64,000 bases of DNA, from positions 5,909 to 69,908 of the forward strand of contig JAEEXQ010000005.1 in the NCBI GenBank assembly GCA_016287875.1, read 5' to 3'. Of the stretch, positions 47,015 to 56,144 are shown piece after piece. The DNA is from Bacteroidales bacterium. GTDB lineage: Bacteria; Bacteroidota; Bacteroidia; Bacteroidales; UBA932. Position 1 is the stretch's first letter; each line of letters starts with the position of its first letter. The notes beneath the pieces are model-generated. The model searched no databases, had not been told where the DNA came from, and was given only the letters and a program-made list of their open reading frames with translations. A program made the position numbers and the translations under genes.

Positions 47015-47881
47015 CTATCCCAGCTTTTGATCATCTGGGAATGGGAGCTCTTCCGGCGATTTGATGTGGTCTATGGCCTTATCACGGGATATTACACTAT
47101 GCCCCAGGCGTTTTTCAACTTCTTTTCGGGCTGTTTTAGCAACATCAGCTCCTTCCTTAGCAACTCCTGCATTCTCTGACAAACCCTCCGGATTGCGCTG
47201 CTTGCTGAGTTCTGTCGCCGTTTCTTCCGCAAGAGCATTCAGAAGCAGCTCCATATTGGTCATGTTGTCCCGCAAGTTCTCTTTAGTCAGGCCCTTGTAT
47301 TTCTTATATTCACGTGTGGTCAAACCACTCCATGTCTTAGACATAAGGTCGGTCAGGAAGGCAAAATCCACTTCTTGTGTTACTCCACCTCTCTTCCATT
47401 CATCTGTGAGACCTTTGCGAATCTCAATAGTCTTGATTCGTTGGTTAATCCATGCCTCCGAATACCCCAGACGACGATAATCAGCTATGGCCTGGTCAAT
47501 ACTGCGTTCTGGATCTATGGCCTGATTGACCCGTTCCGCTGCAACCTGGGCCATCCATACTTTTATTGGCTCCGCCTTTTTAGAAGGAATGGATTCAATA
47601 ACACGAAACATCGTGGCCATGTCTGCCACATCCGTGAATCTTGGCTTACCATCCTCAGCAATCAATTTCAACCGGTTACATTTTGTAACCATTTCGCTTC
47701 CTTCCTTTACCAGCCTGTTTTTCAACACCTTCCAATAATTCCTTGCCCTATCATGGCTGGGCTGGTCAGTAAGGATCCTACAAACATCCACTATTGAGAA
47801 GAACCATTCCTGTTTCTCCTCATCCCAAGCCGTCCGGATCTTCTTGTTCTCAAACAACTGTATTTTTTCAATATCAGACAT
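47015..47881 (-). CDS. Bro-N domain (phage antirepressor-like) protein (islet module 2); start reassigned to MSDIEK
   Basis: IRTAWDEEKQEWFFSIVDVC, RNYWKVLKNRL, LKLIAEDGKPRFTD, IPSKKAEPIKVW, ENLRDNMT; TATATTTG box at 47906-47899. Confidence 0.85.
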   Translation of the reverse strand: MSDIEKIQLFENKKIRTAWDEEKQEWFFSIVDVCRILTDQPSHDRARNYWKVLKNRLVKEGSEMVTKCNRLKLIAEDGKPRFTDVADMATMFRVIESIPSKKAEPIKVWMAQVAAERVNQAIDPERSIDQAIADYRRLGYSEAWINQRIKTIEIRKGLTDEWKRGGVTQEVDFAFLTDLMSKTWSGLTTREYKKYKGLTKENLRDNMTNMELLLNALAEETATELSKQRNPEGLSENAGVAKEGADVAKTARKEVEKRLGHSVISRDKAIDHIKSPEELPFPDDQKLG

Positions 47882-47943
47882 AGCCTTATCGTTTTCTACA
47901 AATATAGCCAAAATGCACCGTAGAAGCAATTATTCTTAACAAT

Positions 47944-47970
47944 AAAAGCCCGTTCAAAAACGGGCTCTTT
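47944..47970 (-). terminator. Intrinsic terminator downstream of DUF2795
   Basis: GCCCGT-TCAAAA-ACGGGC stem with TTTTATT following on the minus strand. Confidence 0.7.
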
Positions 47971-47978
47971 AAAGATGG

Positions 47979-48018
47979 TAACTATTTGATATTCAAATCA
48001 GTATTCCTCTTCGTTAAA
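47979..48018. repeat. att-like site, copy B (right border; overlaps the DUF2795 stop)
   Basis: TAACTATTTGATATTCAAATCAGTATTCCTCTTCGTTAAA; core TTGAT-N6-ATCAG. Confidence 0.75.
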
Positions 48019-48219
48019 GAAAAAGTCGTCTTTGGTCGGGTAGTCCGGCCAGATATCTTCTATGGTTTCGTATATTTCACCGTCATCCTCGAGCTCCTGA
48101 AGGTTCTCGATAACTTCTTCGGGGGCGCCGGAGCGGTTTGCGTAATCGATCAGTTCGTCTTTGGTAGCGGGCCAGGGTGCGTCATCCAGGCTGCTGGCGA
48201 GTTCAAGTGTCCAAAACAT
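47998..48219 (-). CDS. DUF2795 domain protein (73 aa; start reassigned to MFWTLELAS)
   Basis: MFWTLELASSLDDAPWPATKDELIDYANRSGAP...DFFFNEEEY, the conserved Bacteroidetes small protein as recalled; TATATTTG box at 48253-48246. Confidence 0.9.
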   Translation of the reverse strand: MFWTLELASSLDDAPWPATKDELIDYANRSGAPEEVIENLQELEDDGEIYETIEDIWPDYPTKDDFFFNEEEY

Positions 48220-48361
48220 AGTAGTAGCGGTTTTCGAATTTCGCGCAAATATAGAGTTTTTTCCGGAATTCCAAAAGGGCCGTATCATCATTTGTTGTGA
48301 TGACTTGCCAAAAGCTTTTGGAATTGGCCTAAATTCGCGTCGGAAAACAAATTATGCATTT

Positions 48362-50215
48362 ATGAAAATAGTTATTTCGGCCATACTTCTGATAGTGGCC
48401 ATCATCATCGAAAAGAATACCGACCTGCAGACTTGGCAGTATCTTCTGATATATCTGGTGCCTTATCTTATCGTAGGTTGGGAAACCCTCAAGGAAGGGG
48501 CGGAGAAACTGTTGGAAGGAGAAGCCCTGGACGAGGATTTCCTGATGGGAGTCGCCACCGTGGGGGCTCTTGCGATAGGTTTCCTGCCCGGTGCGGAGAG
48601 TCAGTTCCCCGAAGCGGTGTTCGTAATGCTTTTCTTCCAGCTGGGCGAACTCTTCGAGGAAATAGCGGAGGGACGGAGCCGCCGGAGCATATCGGCGCTG
48701 ATGGACATAAGGCCCGATACTGCCAACCTCGAGACTGCCGAGGGGCTTAAAACCGTCGATCCCGGCAGTGTCAAGGTGGGGGATGTCGTAGTGGTGAAAC
48801 CGGGGGAGAAGGTGCCTATGGACGGGCTTGTGCTGGAGGGATCTTCCGCCCTCGATACCAAGGCTCTTACCGGTGAAAGCGTGCCCAGGAGCATCTCTGC
48901 GGGGGATGACATCATCTCCGGCTGCATTAATCTCTCGGGCGTCCTCCGCGTAAAGGTGGGCAAGCCCTTCGGGGAATCTACCGCCAGCAAAGTGCTGGAG
49001 CTGGTGGAAAATGCCGCGGACAACAAATCCCGCAGCGAGTCTTTCATCACCCGCTTCGCAAAGATCTATACCCCGATAGTCGTCGGAGCCGCAGTGCTTC
49101 TGGCCATCATCCCTCCTCTGGCGGGCGGTGGCAACTTCGCAACCTGGCTCTACAGGGCCCTGACCTTCCTCATCGTATCCTGCCCTTGCGCGCTGGTGAT
49201 ATCGGTGCCGCTGAGCTTTTTCGGCGGAATAGGAGGTGCTTCCCGCCGCGGAATCCTGGTAAAAGGGTCCAACTTCCTCGAATCCCTTACCCGTATGCGT
49301 ACGGTCGTGTTCGATAAGACGGGTACCCTTACCGAGGGAGTCTTCCAGGTGACGGCCGTGCATCCCGAGCTGATAGGGGAGAAGGAACTGTTGCATCTTG
49401 CCGCCCACGTCGAGAGGCATTCCACCCATCCCGTGGCAGAGGCCCTGAGAGAGGCTTATGCCGATGAGGCAGATGATTGCAAGGTGGAGGATGTCCGCGA
49501 GTTCGCCGGCAAGGGCGTGCAGGCGACAGTGAACGGCCGCAGGATCAGCGCCGGCAACGAGAAGATGATGGAAGAGGCCGGAGCGAAGATCCATTCTTGC
49601 GACAAGTGCCACGGAGAGGGAACGGTGGTGCACGTTGCTATCGACGGCGAATACGCCGGCCATATAATGATATCCGACAGGGTTAAGGCCAGTTCCGCCG
49701 AGGCCGTCGCCATGCTGAAGGATGCGGGAGTGGAAAGGACCGTGATGCTTACGGGGGACGCCCGCCCGGTTGCGGAAAGCGTCGCCAAGGAAGTCGGGCT
49801 GGACGGATTCGCCTCCGGACTTCTGCCTGCCGACAAACTCTCCGAATTGGAGAATCTAATCCTATCGGCGAATGACAAGACTACGGTCGCATTCGTCGGG
49901 GATGGAATTAACGACGCTCCCGTGCTTGCCAGGGCCGACATAGGCATAGCAATGGGCGCCCTGGGCTCGGATGCTGCCATAGAAGCAGCGGATGTGGTGC
50001 TGATGGACGATGACCCCAGGAAGATTGCCGAGGCCGTGAAAATCGCCCGCAAGACAGTTGGGATCTCCCGTCAGAATATAATCTTCGCCATAGGAATAAA
50101 GCTTGCCGTACTGTTGCTGGCGGCCTTCGGATTGGCGCCGATGTGGCTGGCTGTGTTCGCCGATGTGGGTGTGACGGTAATCGCCGTCTTGAATGCAATG
50201 AGGACGCTCGCTTGA
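48362..50215 (+). CDS. cadA: Heavy-metal (Zn/Cd-type) P1B ATPase (start reassigned to MKIVIS)
   Basis: TGES, SCPCALVIS, FDKTGTLT, HP motif, GDGINDAP, KLAV; no N-terminal metal-binding domain. Confidence 0.9.
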   Translation: MKIVISAILLIVAIIIEKNTDLQTWQYLLIYLVPYLIVGWETLKEGAEKLLEGEALDEDFLMGVATVGALAIGFLPGAESQFPEAVFVMLFFQLGELFEEIAEGRSRRSISALMDIRPDTANLETAEGLKTVDPGSVKVGDVVVVKPGEKVPMDGLVLEGSSALDTKALTGESVPRSISAGDDIISGCINLSGVLRVKVGKPFGESTASKVLELVENAADNKSRSESFITRFAKIYTPIVVGAAVLLAIIPPLAGGGNFATWLYRALTFLIVSCPCALVISVPLSFFGGIGGASRRGILVKGSNFLESLTRMRTVVFDKTGTLTEGVFQVTAVHPELIGEKELLHLAAHVERHSTHPVAEALREAYADEADDCKVEDVREFAGKGVQATVNGRRISAGNEKMMEEAGAKIHSCDKCHGEGTVVHVAIDGEYAGHIMISDRVKASSAEAVAMLKDAGVERTVMLTGDARPVAESVAKEVGLDGFASGLLPADKLSELENLILSANDKTTVAFVGDGINDAPVLARADIGIAMGALGSDAAIEAADVVLMDDDPRKIAEAVKIARKTVGISRQNIIFAIGIKLAVLLLAAFGLAPMWLAVFADVGVTVIAVLNAMRTLA

Positions 50216-50228
50216 GCGCCCTCATTTT

Positions 50229-51425
50229 TTATTCTCTGCTGAATTCCGGTTTGGGATCGGCCCGTCTCTGAAGGACGTATAGGCCGTTCCGGCCTTCTTT
50301 CTCGGCATCCAGGGCCTCCTGGCGGAGTTCGCCTATGGGGCCGGTCTGGTTCTTGTCGATGATCAGGCCCAGTCGCATATCGGGGAATTCGGTGAGCATA
50401 TTGTAGTCACCGTTGCTGTCGCCTGCTACCAGGACCGGATCGCGCCAGCCGTAGAGGGGAGCGACGTAGGACTTGATGGCCGCGGTCTTGCCCTCCTTGT
50501 AGGGCCTGATGAAGAAGGGAGTGTACTCCTGTTTCACGAGGTCCTCGGGGTTGTGCTTGAGGCGTATTGCGAATACCCTGGTGCTGTCCAGGCCAAGATA
50601 CTCGGGGTCGCAGGCCATTGCTTCCACCACGGCTTCCAGCGAGGCCGAGAAGATATATACGTCTATGCCGTTGGCTTCGAGGGCCTTGTAGAGCCGGCGC
50701 ATCTCGTCGCTGAGGGCCAGGCCGTCGGATACGGGCATGGAGACCTTGCCGGCGGCACCCATTTCGGGACTCTCCCACACAAGCTCCTGCAGACACTCCT
50801 TCGCCACCTGGTCGGCAACGGCCTGTTTGACCAGGGCGCTCATTTCCGTGGTAGTCATATTGTGGAAAAGGGCCACTATTATCATAAGGCCTTCCCGGTA
50901 ATCGAAGGTCTCGTAGGTACCCTCGTATAGGGCCATAAGCTTGGCGCGGAAGTCCTCGTATTCCGGGGTCTTCCTGGCTTCGGCGAGCTGCTCCTCGGTG
51001 ATTTCTTCCCCACATCTGACTCCTGCGGCGGCGGTGATGGCCCTGTAGTCGGACTCTATGTCCTTGATGAGCATCCTTGCAGTGATGCCTTCCGCACCGG
51101 CACCGGTGAGTACGGTGTCAAGGTCGGGAATCTGAGGGGCGAAGAGGCCCCAGACCTCTTCCGGAGTGAAGCGGAGGCGGAGATTCTCGAGCTGCCAGCC
51201 CATTACGGCCAGTTCGACATCCTGCATCACGGTGGTGTTGTCGTAGTCGAACACGGCGTAATTCATATTGTATTCTGCGCCGGCGCTTTCCTTCTTGCAA
51301 TCTTTCATCAGTTTGCACAAGGCCTTGTAGGGCGCTTCGCTCCAGTTGCCCCTGGGCATTGGAGCGCTGCAAGCGGCTGCCAGGAGAGTGGCAGCCGCAA
51401 GGAATGTCAGTGTGGTTTTTTTCAT
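50229..51425 (-). CDS. HAD-superfamily hydrolase lipoprotein
   Basis: Lipobox LAAAC; motif I FDYDNTT; motif II IFSAS; motif IV AGDSNGD. Confidence 0.8.
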   Translation of the reverse strand: MKKTTLTFLAAATLLAAACSAPMPRGNWSEAPYKALCKLMKDCKKESAGAEYNMNYAVFDYDNTTVMQDVELAVMGWQLENLRLRFTPEEVWGLFAPQIPDLDTVLTGAGAEGITARMLIKDIESDYRAITAAAGVRCGEEITEEQLAEARKTPEYEDFRAKLMALYEGTYETFDYREGLMIIVALFHNMTTTEMSALVKQAVADQVAKECLQELVWESPEMGAAGKVSMPVSDGLALSDEMRRLYKALEANGIDVYIFSASLEAVVEAMACDPEYLGLDSTRVFAIRLKHNPEDLVKQEYTPFFIRPYKEGKTAAIKSYVAPLYGWRDPVLVAGDSNGDYNMLTEFPDMRLGLIIDKNQTGPIGELRQEALDAEKEGRNGLYVLQRRADPKPEFSRE

Positions 51426-51440
51426 CTGATCAGCAATGCT

Positions 51441-53945
51441 CTACATATTCTTCGGGGAATCCATCCCGCTGCCACCGGCCGCTGTAGCCGAGCCCTTCTG
51501 GGCGTCTATGACATCGTCGTTGGTGATGGATCTCTGGGTCTTTTTGACCTGGACGTTGCCCTTTCCGAAATTGTATGTCAACTGCAAAGATAATGATTTG
51601 AGCGGAATATAGACTTTTTGATTGACTTCTACGCCGTCACCATTGGTGTATACCTCGATTTTCATGTCTTTCATCGAGAAGTTGCTGAATCCCTGGAGGG
51701 TTACGCCGAGTTTCTCTTTGAAGAAATTGCGGGATACCGAGAGCGAGGCTCCGTTGAAGCCTGACTGCCAGCCCTGAAGGTTGTAGCTGCGTCCACTCAC
51801 GAATACATTTGCACTGAGCCTGATATCGTAGGGGAGGGTCTGCTGTGCGCCGATTACGAAGTCGGGGCTCCACCCGTGATTCTCCTGCCCGAGGACCTTG
51901 CTGTTGAAGTGGTCGTAATCGAGTTCGGCGTTGGCGTAGATCCTGGTATCCTTGACAGGGTTCCAGTTGAAGAAGGCGTTGAATCCGAAGCTATGGGAAT
52001 CCACTATGTTGCCGTAGGTGGTCTGGATCACATTGACTGCAGGGTTCTCAGGGTCGGGGCCGAACTTGCGGTAGCTCTCTATTCCGCCTTCGCCATAGCG
52101 ATAGTTTAAGCCTGCGCTGACCATGAACTTGGGAGAGAAGGAGTTGTACTTCAGGGCGATGTTGTGCTTCTTCTCGGGCTCGATGTCGGAGTTACCGTAA
52201 CTGATGGAATTGTGGAAGGTCCTGTTGACGAAGGGGTTCAGATAGTTGATACCCGGACGGAAGATCCTCATATTGTAGGTAAGACCGATGTTCGAGGTGG
52301 CGCCCAGGTTGTACTGGAGGCTAAGGTCAGGCACCAGGTTGTCGTAGTTGCTGTCGTACTTGTTCCCATTGTCGAAACGTACATCCACGAAGGTGTGCTC
52401 GTAGCGGAGACCTCCCTTGAGGGAGAACATCCCGAAGCTTCCGGCATACTCCACATAGGCTGCGCCGATATGGTTGTAGTGAGTGTATTTTCCGTTGGGG
52501 GAATCGACCAGCACATATCCTGCGCCAAGGTCGTTGTATTCCTTGTTGGTGGCGTTGTTGTCGCGGAAGATGTACTTGACGCCGGTGCTGACGGTGTGGC
52601 CGGGGGCGATGGGAGTGGTGTAATCTCCCTGGAAAGTGTGCTCCTGGTTGCAGTTGTCGCTTATCACCTTGCGGTCGAAGACGGAAATGCCAACCGGATT
52701 GCTGCGTCTGTCTTCCATGTTGCTATAGAAAGGCGTGGAAGCGAAGCGGTAGGAAAGGGTGGTCATCCTTGCCTTGTTCGCTTTGAAGTTGTGCTGCCAG
52801 TCGATGCTGGCGTTAAGGCCGTTGGACTTGTTTTCTGCGTTAATATTTCCATCGTAGCTGTACACGGGTGCGCCTGCCATCGAGGCTTCGGCATCCCAGG
52901 GACCTATCTGGCGGCCGCCCCACTTGCGGAGTGCCACGTTGGCGGAAATCAGGTTGAGGGTGTCGATTTCATAGCTGGCGGTAAGGTTGCCGAAGGTATA
53001 TGAGCCCTTCTGGTCGACTCCGTCGGCGGTTTCCTTCAATAACATTCCGTCGCTGGTCTTGTATGTGCTGAACTGCCTGAGCCCTTTGATATTCGAGTTG
53101 CCGGCATAGCCGTTCACTCCTACGCTGAATTTGCCTTTCCTGGCATTGGCATACAGGCCGCCGTTCGCACCGGTGCGGGTGTCGGCTCCTGCGTAGATGG
53201 ATCCGCTGATGCCATCGGGAATGGCGCTGGCACCGTTCTCCGACCTGGCGATGATGAGGTTGAGCACGCCGCCGGTGCCTTCAGCATCATACCTGGCACC
53301 AGGGTTGGTGATGACCTCGATACCCTTCACCGCGGAAGCGGGCATAGCCTTGAAAATCTGGGAGGGATTCGAGCTGAGCATGGGGTTGGGCTTGCCGTCC
53401 ACATAGACCACGAAGCTGGAACTGCCGTTCACGGTGATGTTGTCCTGCCCGTCCACGGTGACCATGGGGACCTTGCGCAGCATATCCAGCACGGTGCTGG
53501 CCTTGGAATCCACGTCATTCTCTACATCATAGGAAATCTTGTCGGCTTCCATCTTGATGAGGGGCCTTGCAGCGGCGACAGAGGCGCTTTGCAGGGCCTG
53601 GACATCGTCCTGGAGGAGTATGGTTCCGAAATCGGTACTCTCGCCTTCGGGGACGAAGGTGCGCTCCTCGGTGATGCGCCCCATATTGATAACCTTAAGG
53701 AAATAGTCGGCTTCCGTGATGGTGCGGAGCTTGATGGAGAAACAACCCAGGGAGTCGCTGAGTGCGTAGCCAGCGAGGTTCTCGTTCTTGGCTTCACCTG
53801 CGAAAACCTGCACGACGGCGCCGGGCTCGGGCTCCTTGGTGACAGAATCGGCCACTTTGCCTTTTACTATGTGCTGCGCACTGGCAGAGATGCAAGAGAG
53901 GATCAAGGTGGCTCCAATCAACAAACTTCTAACTGATGTGTTCAT
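51441..53945 (-). CDS. Outer-membrane beta-barrel protein (TonB-receptor-like, carboxypeptidase-like N-terminus)
   Basis: Signal peptide, DMLRKVPMVTVD, IEVITNPGARYDAEGTGGVLNLI, GLRYEHT, SYGNSDIEPE, LQLTYNFG. Confidence 0.85.
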   Translation of the reverse strand: MNTSVRSLLIGATLILSCISASAQHIVKGKVADSVTKEPEPGAVVQVFAGEAKNENLAGYALSDSLGCFSIKLRTITEADYFLKVINMGRITEERTFVPEGESTDFGTILLQDDVQALQSASVAAARPLIKMEADKISYDVENDVDSKASTVLDMLRKVPMVTVDGQDNITVNGSSSFVVYVDGKPNPMLSSNPSQIFKAMPASAVKGIEVITNPGARYDAEGTGGVLNLIIARSENGASAIPDGISGSIYAGADTRTGANGGLYANARKGKFSVGVNGYAGNSNIKGLRQFSTYKTSDGMLLKETADGVDQKGSYTFGNLTASYEIDTLNLISANVALRKWGGRQIGPWDAEASMAGAPVYSYDGNINAENKSNGLNASIDWQHNFKANKARMTTLSYRFASTPFYSNMEDRRSNPVGISVFDRKVISDNCNQEHTFQGDYTTPIAPGHTVSTGVKYIFRDNNATNKEYNDLGAGYVLVDSPNGKYTHYNHIGAAYVEYAGSFGMFSLKGGLRYEHTFVDVRFDNGNKYDSNYDNLVPDLSLQYNLGATSNIGLTYNMRIFRPGINYLNPFVNRTFHNSISYGNSDIEPEKKHNIALKYNSFSPKFMVSAGLNYRYGEGGIESYRKFGPDPENPAVNVIQTTYGNIVDSHSFGFNAFFNWNPVKDTRIYANAELDYDHFNSKVLGQENHGWSPDFVIGAQQTLPYDIRLSANVFVSGRSYNLQGWQSGFNGASLSVSRNFFKEKLGVTLQGFSNFSMKDMKIEVYTNGDGVEVNQKVYIPLKSLSLQLTYNFGKGNVQVKKTQRSITNDDVIDAQKGSATAAGGSGMDSPKNM

Positions 53946-54052
53946 ATTTCGTAGTGTATTAGTTTACTATTACACCGCAAAGGTAGGCAATATTTTTAAT
54001 TCTGCAAATATTAATCCAAAAATTTTGAGTTTTTTCTAAATTTGCAGCCCGT

Positions 54053-55006
54053 ATGCTGGATAGGGAGAAAAGATTCCTGAAGAATTGGATGCTGCCGTTG
54101 GCCATGACGACCGGCGTGGCCGTGTACCTCGTCCTGCACTATGTCCCTTCGTTCGACGACACTTCATATATTAATATAGCGCGCAAGCTGCAGCCGCTGC
54201 TGGTGAGCATAATGCTTTTCCTGCAGCTGAACGTGGTCGCTCCTACCGACCTGCGTTTCCACAGATGGCACTTCCGCCTCCTTGCGGTGCAGGCCCTTTT
54301 CTTCGCCGCCGCCGCTTTTATCTCCATCAAGGTACCCGAGGGTAACGTCCGCCTGATGCTGGAGTGCGCCATGCTCTGCTTCATCTGCCCCACCGCAGCC
54401 GCCGCAGGAGTGATAACCGCCAAGATAGGGGGGAATCTCCCCGGGATAATGACCTATACGATCCTTTCCGACCTGCTGGCATCGGTGCTGATTCCTCTGA
54501 TGATCCCTCTGGTGCACCCCTCCGCCGACATCAGTTTCTTCTCGGCATTCTGGGTGATAATCAGGAAGGTTTTCTCCATCCTGGTGCTTCCGCTGCTGCT
54601 GGCGTGGTTCATACGCTATGCTCTTCCCGGAGTGCAAAAATGGCTCGCCAGGTATGTGGGATGGGCCTTTTATGTGTGGGGGATAGGATTGGCCCTGGCA
54701 CTATCTCTGGCTACCGGAGCCCTGGTCACCAGCCGCATAGCAGGGCTGGCCGCCCTGGGCATCGCGGTGGTGTCGCTGCTCTGCTGCCTCTTCCAGTTCT
54801 GGCTGGGCAGGAGGGTGGCAAGATGCTATTCCCACAGCGAATCCGTCACCGCCGGGCAGGCCCTGGGCCAGAAGAATACAGGCTTCATCATATGGCTCGG
54901 ACTCAACTATATGACCCCCGTCACTTCGGTGGCCGGCGGGCTCTATGCGGTGTGGCATAATCTCGTAAACTCTTGGGAACTTTATCGTTACCGCAAAACA
55001 AACTGA
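54053..55006 (+). CDS. Bile acid:sodium symporter (SBF)-like transporter
   Basis: About 9-10 TM helices, CPTAAAAGVIT and GQKNT motifs. Confidence 0.75.
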   Translation: MLDREKRFLKNWMLPLAMTTGVAVYLVLHYVPSFDDTSYINIARKLQPLLVSIMLFLQLNVVAPTDLRFHRWHFRLLAVQALFFAAAAFISIKVPEGNVRLMLECAMLCFICPTAAAAGVITAKIGGNLPGIMTYTILSDLLASVLIPLMIPLVHPSADISFFSAFWVIIRKVFSILVLPLLLAWFIRYALPGVQKWLARYVGWAFYVWGIGLALALSLATGALVTSRIAGLAALGIAVVSLLCCLFQFWLGRRVARCYSHSESVTAGQALGQKNTGFIIWLGLNYMTPVTSVAGGLYAVWHNLVNSWELYRYRKTN

Positions 55007-55065
55007 AATCGGGTTGTTTATTATAAGGGATTTTTATATCTTTGTGGAACTATACAGGATTGATA

Positions 55066-56136
55066 ATGAACCACAAGGCTATAATTATTACCGGAGGAGC
55101 TGGATTCATCGGCAGCCACGTCGTGCGCTTGTTCGTGAACAAGTATCCGGAATATAAGATAATCAACGTCGACAAGTTGACCTATGCAGGTAACCTTGCG
55201 AATCTCAAGGATATAGAGCAAAAGCCCAACTACCGTTTCGTTAAAGCGGACATATGCGATTTCGAGGCCATGCTGTCCCTTATGCAGGAGGAGAAGGTCG
55301 ACGGAATCATCCACCTTGCCGCCGAATCCCACGTCGACAGGAGCATCAAGGATCCTTTCACATTCGCCCGCACCAACGTTATGGGTACCCTCAGCCTTCT
55401 GCAGGCTGCCAAGGTATATTGGGAGAGCCTTCCCGAGAAATATGAGGGAAAGCGTTTCTACCATATTTCCACCGACGAGGTGTACGGGGCCCTGAAGATG
55501 GACGGCTCCCTGTTCACCGAAGAAACAAAATATCAACCGCATAGCCCGTACAGTGCCGCAAAGGCCAGTTCGGACCATTTCGTCCGTGCATTCCACGATA
55601 CCTACGGAATGCCTACGATAGTGACCAACTGCAGCAACAACTACGGGCCCTATCAATTCCCCGAAAAACTTATACCTTTATTTATCAACAATATCCGCCA
55701 TCGCAAGCCTCTTCCCGTTTACGGAAAGGGCGAGAACGTGCGGGACTGGCTGTTCGTGGAAGACCACGCACGCGCCATCGACATCATCTTCCATAAGGGG
55801 AAGACCGCCGAGACCTACAACATCGGAGGCTTCAACGAATGGAAGAACATCGATATCGTGAAGCTGCTGATTTCCACGGTGGACAGGCTTCTGGGGCGTC
55901 CCGAAGGCGCCGACGACGATCTCATCACCTATGTGACGGACCGCGCCGGGCACGACCTGCGCTATGCCATAGATTCCCGCAAGCTCCAGAGAGAACTCGG
56001 CTGGGAGCCCAGCCTTCAGTTCGAGGAGGGCATAGAGAAGACGGTCCGCTGGTACCTTGACAATCAGGAGTGGATGGACAACGTCACTTCCGGCGATTAC
56101 CAGCGGTATTATGAAGATATGTATAAAGGCAGATAA
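55066..56136 (+). CDS. rfbB: dTDP-glucose 4,6-dehydratase (ATG at 55066)
   Basis: TGGAGFIGS, DKLTYAGN, AAESHVDRSI, HISTDEVYG, YSAAKA, NNYGPYQFPEKLIP. Confidence 0.96.
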   Translation: MNHKAIIITGGAGFIGSHVVRLFVNKYPEYKIINVDKLTYAGNLANLKDIEQKPNYRFVKADICDFEAMLSLMQEEKVDGIIHLAAESHVDRSIKDPFTFARTNVMGTLSLLQAAKVYWESLPEKYEGKRFYHISTDEVYGALKMDGSLFTEETKYQPHSPYSAAKASSDHFVRAFHDTYGMPTIVTNCSNNYGPYQFPEKLIPLFINNIRHRKPLPVYGKGENVRDWLFVEDHARAIDIIFHKGKTAETYNIGGFNEWKNIDIVKLLISTVDRLLGRPEGADDDLITYVTDRAGHDLRYAIDSRKLQRELGWEPSLQFEEGIEKTVRWYLDNQEWMDNVTSGDYQRYYEDMYKGR

Positions 56137-56144
56137 CTCCCGTT

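Larger units (their letters stand above)
44581..47978. mobile_element. AT-rich integrase-less islet of two att-delimited modules inserted at the 3' end of DUF2795
   Basis: Abrupt, visually obvious drop in GC relative to the flanks; bounded and subdivided by three related direct repeats; no recombinase gene inside. Confidence 0.65.

Noticed and set aside
44581-47978. Prophage or IS element call for the AT-rich islet
   Set aside because: No structural phage genes, transposase or terminal inverted repeats; only a lone Bro-N gene.
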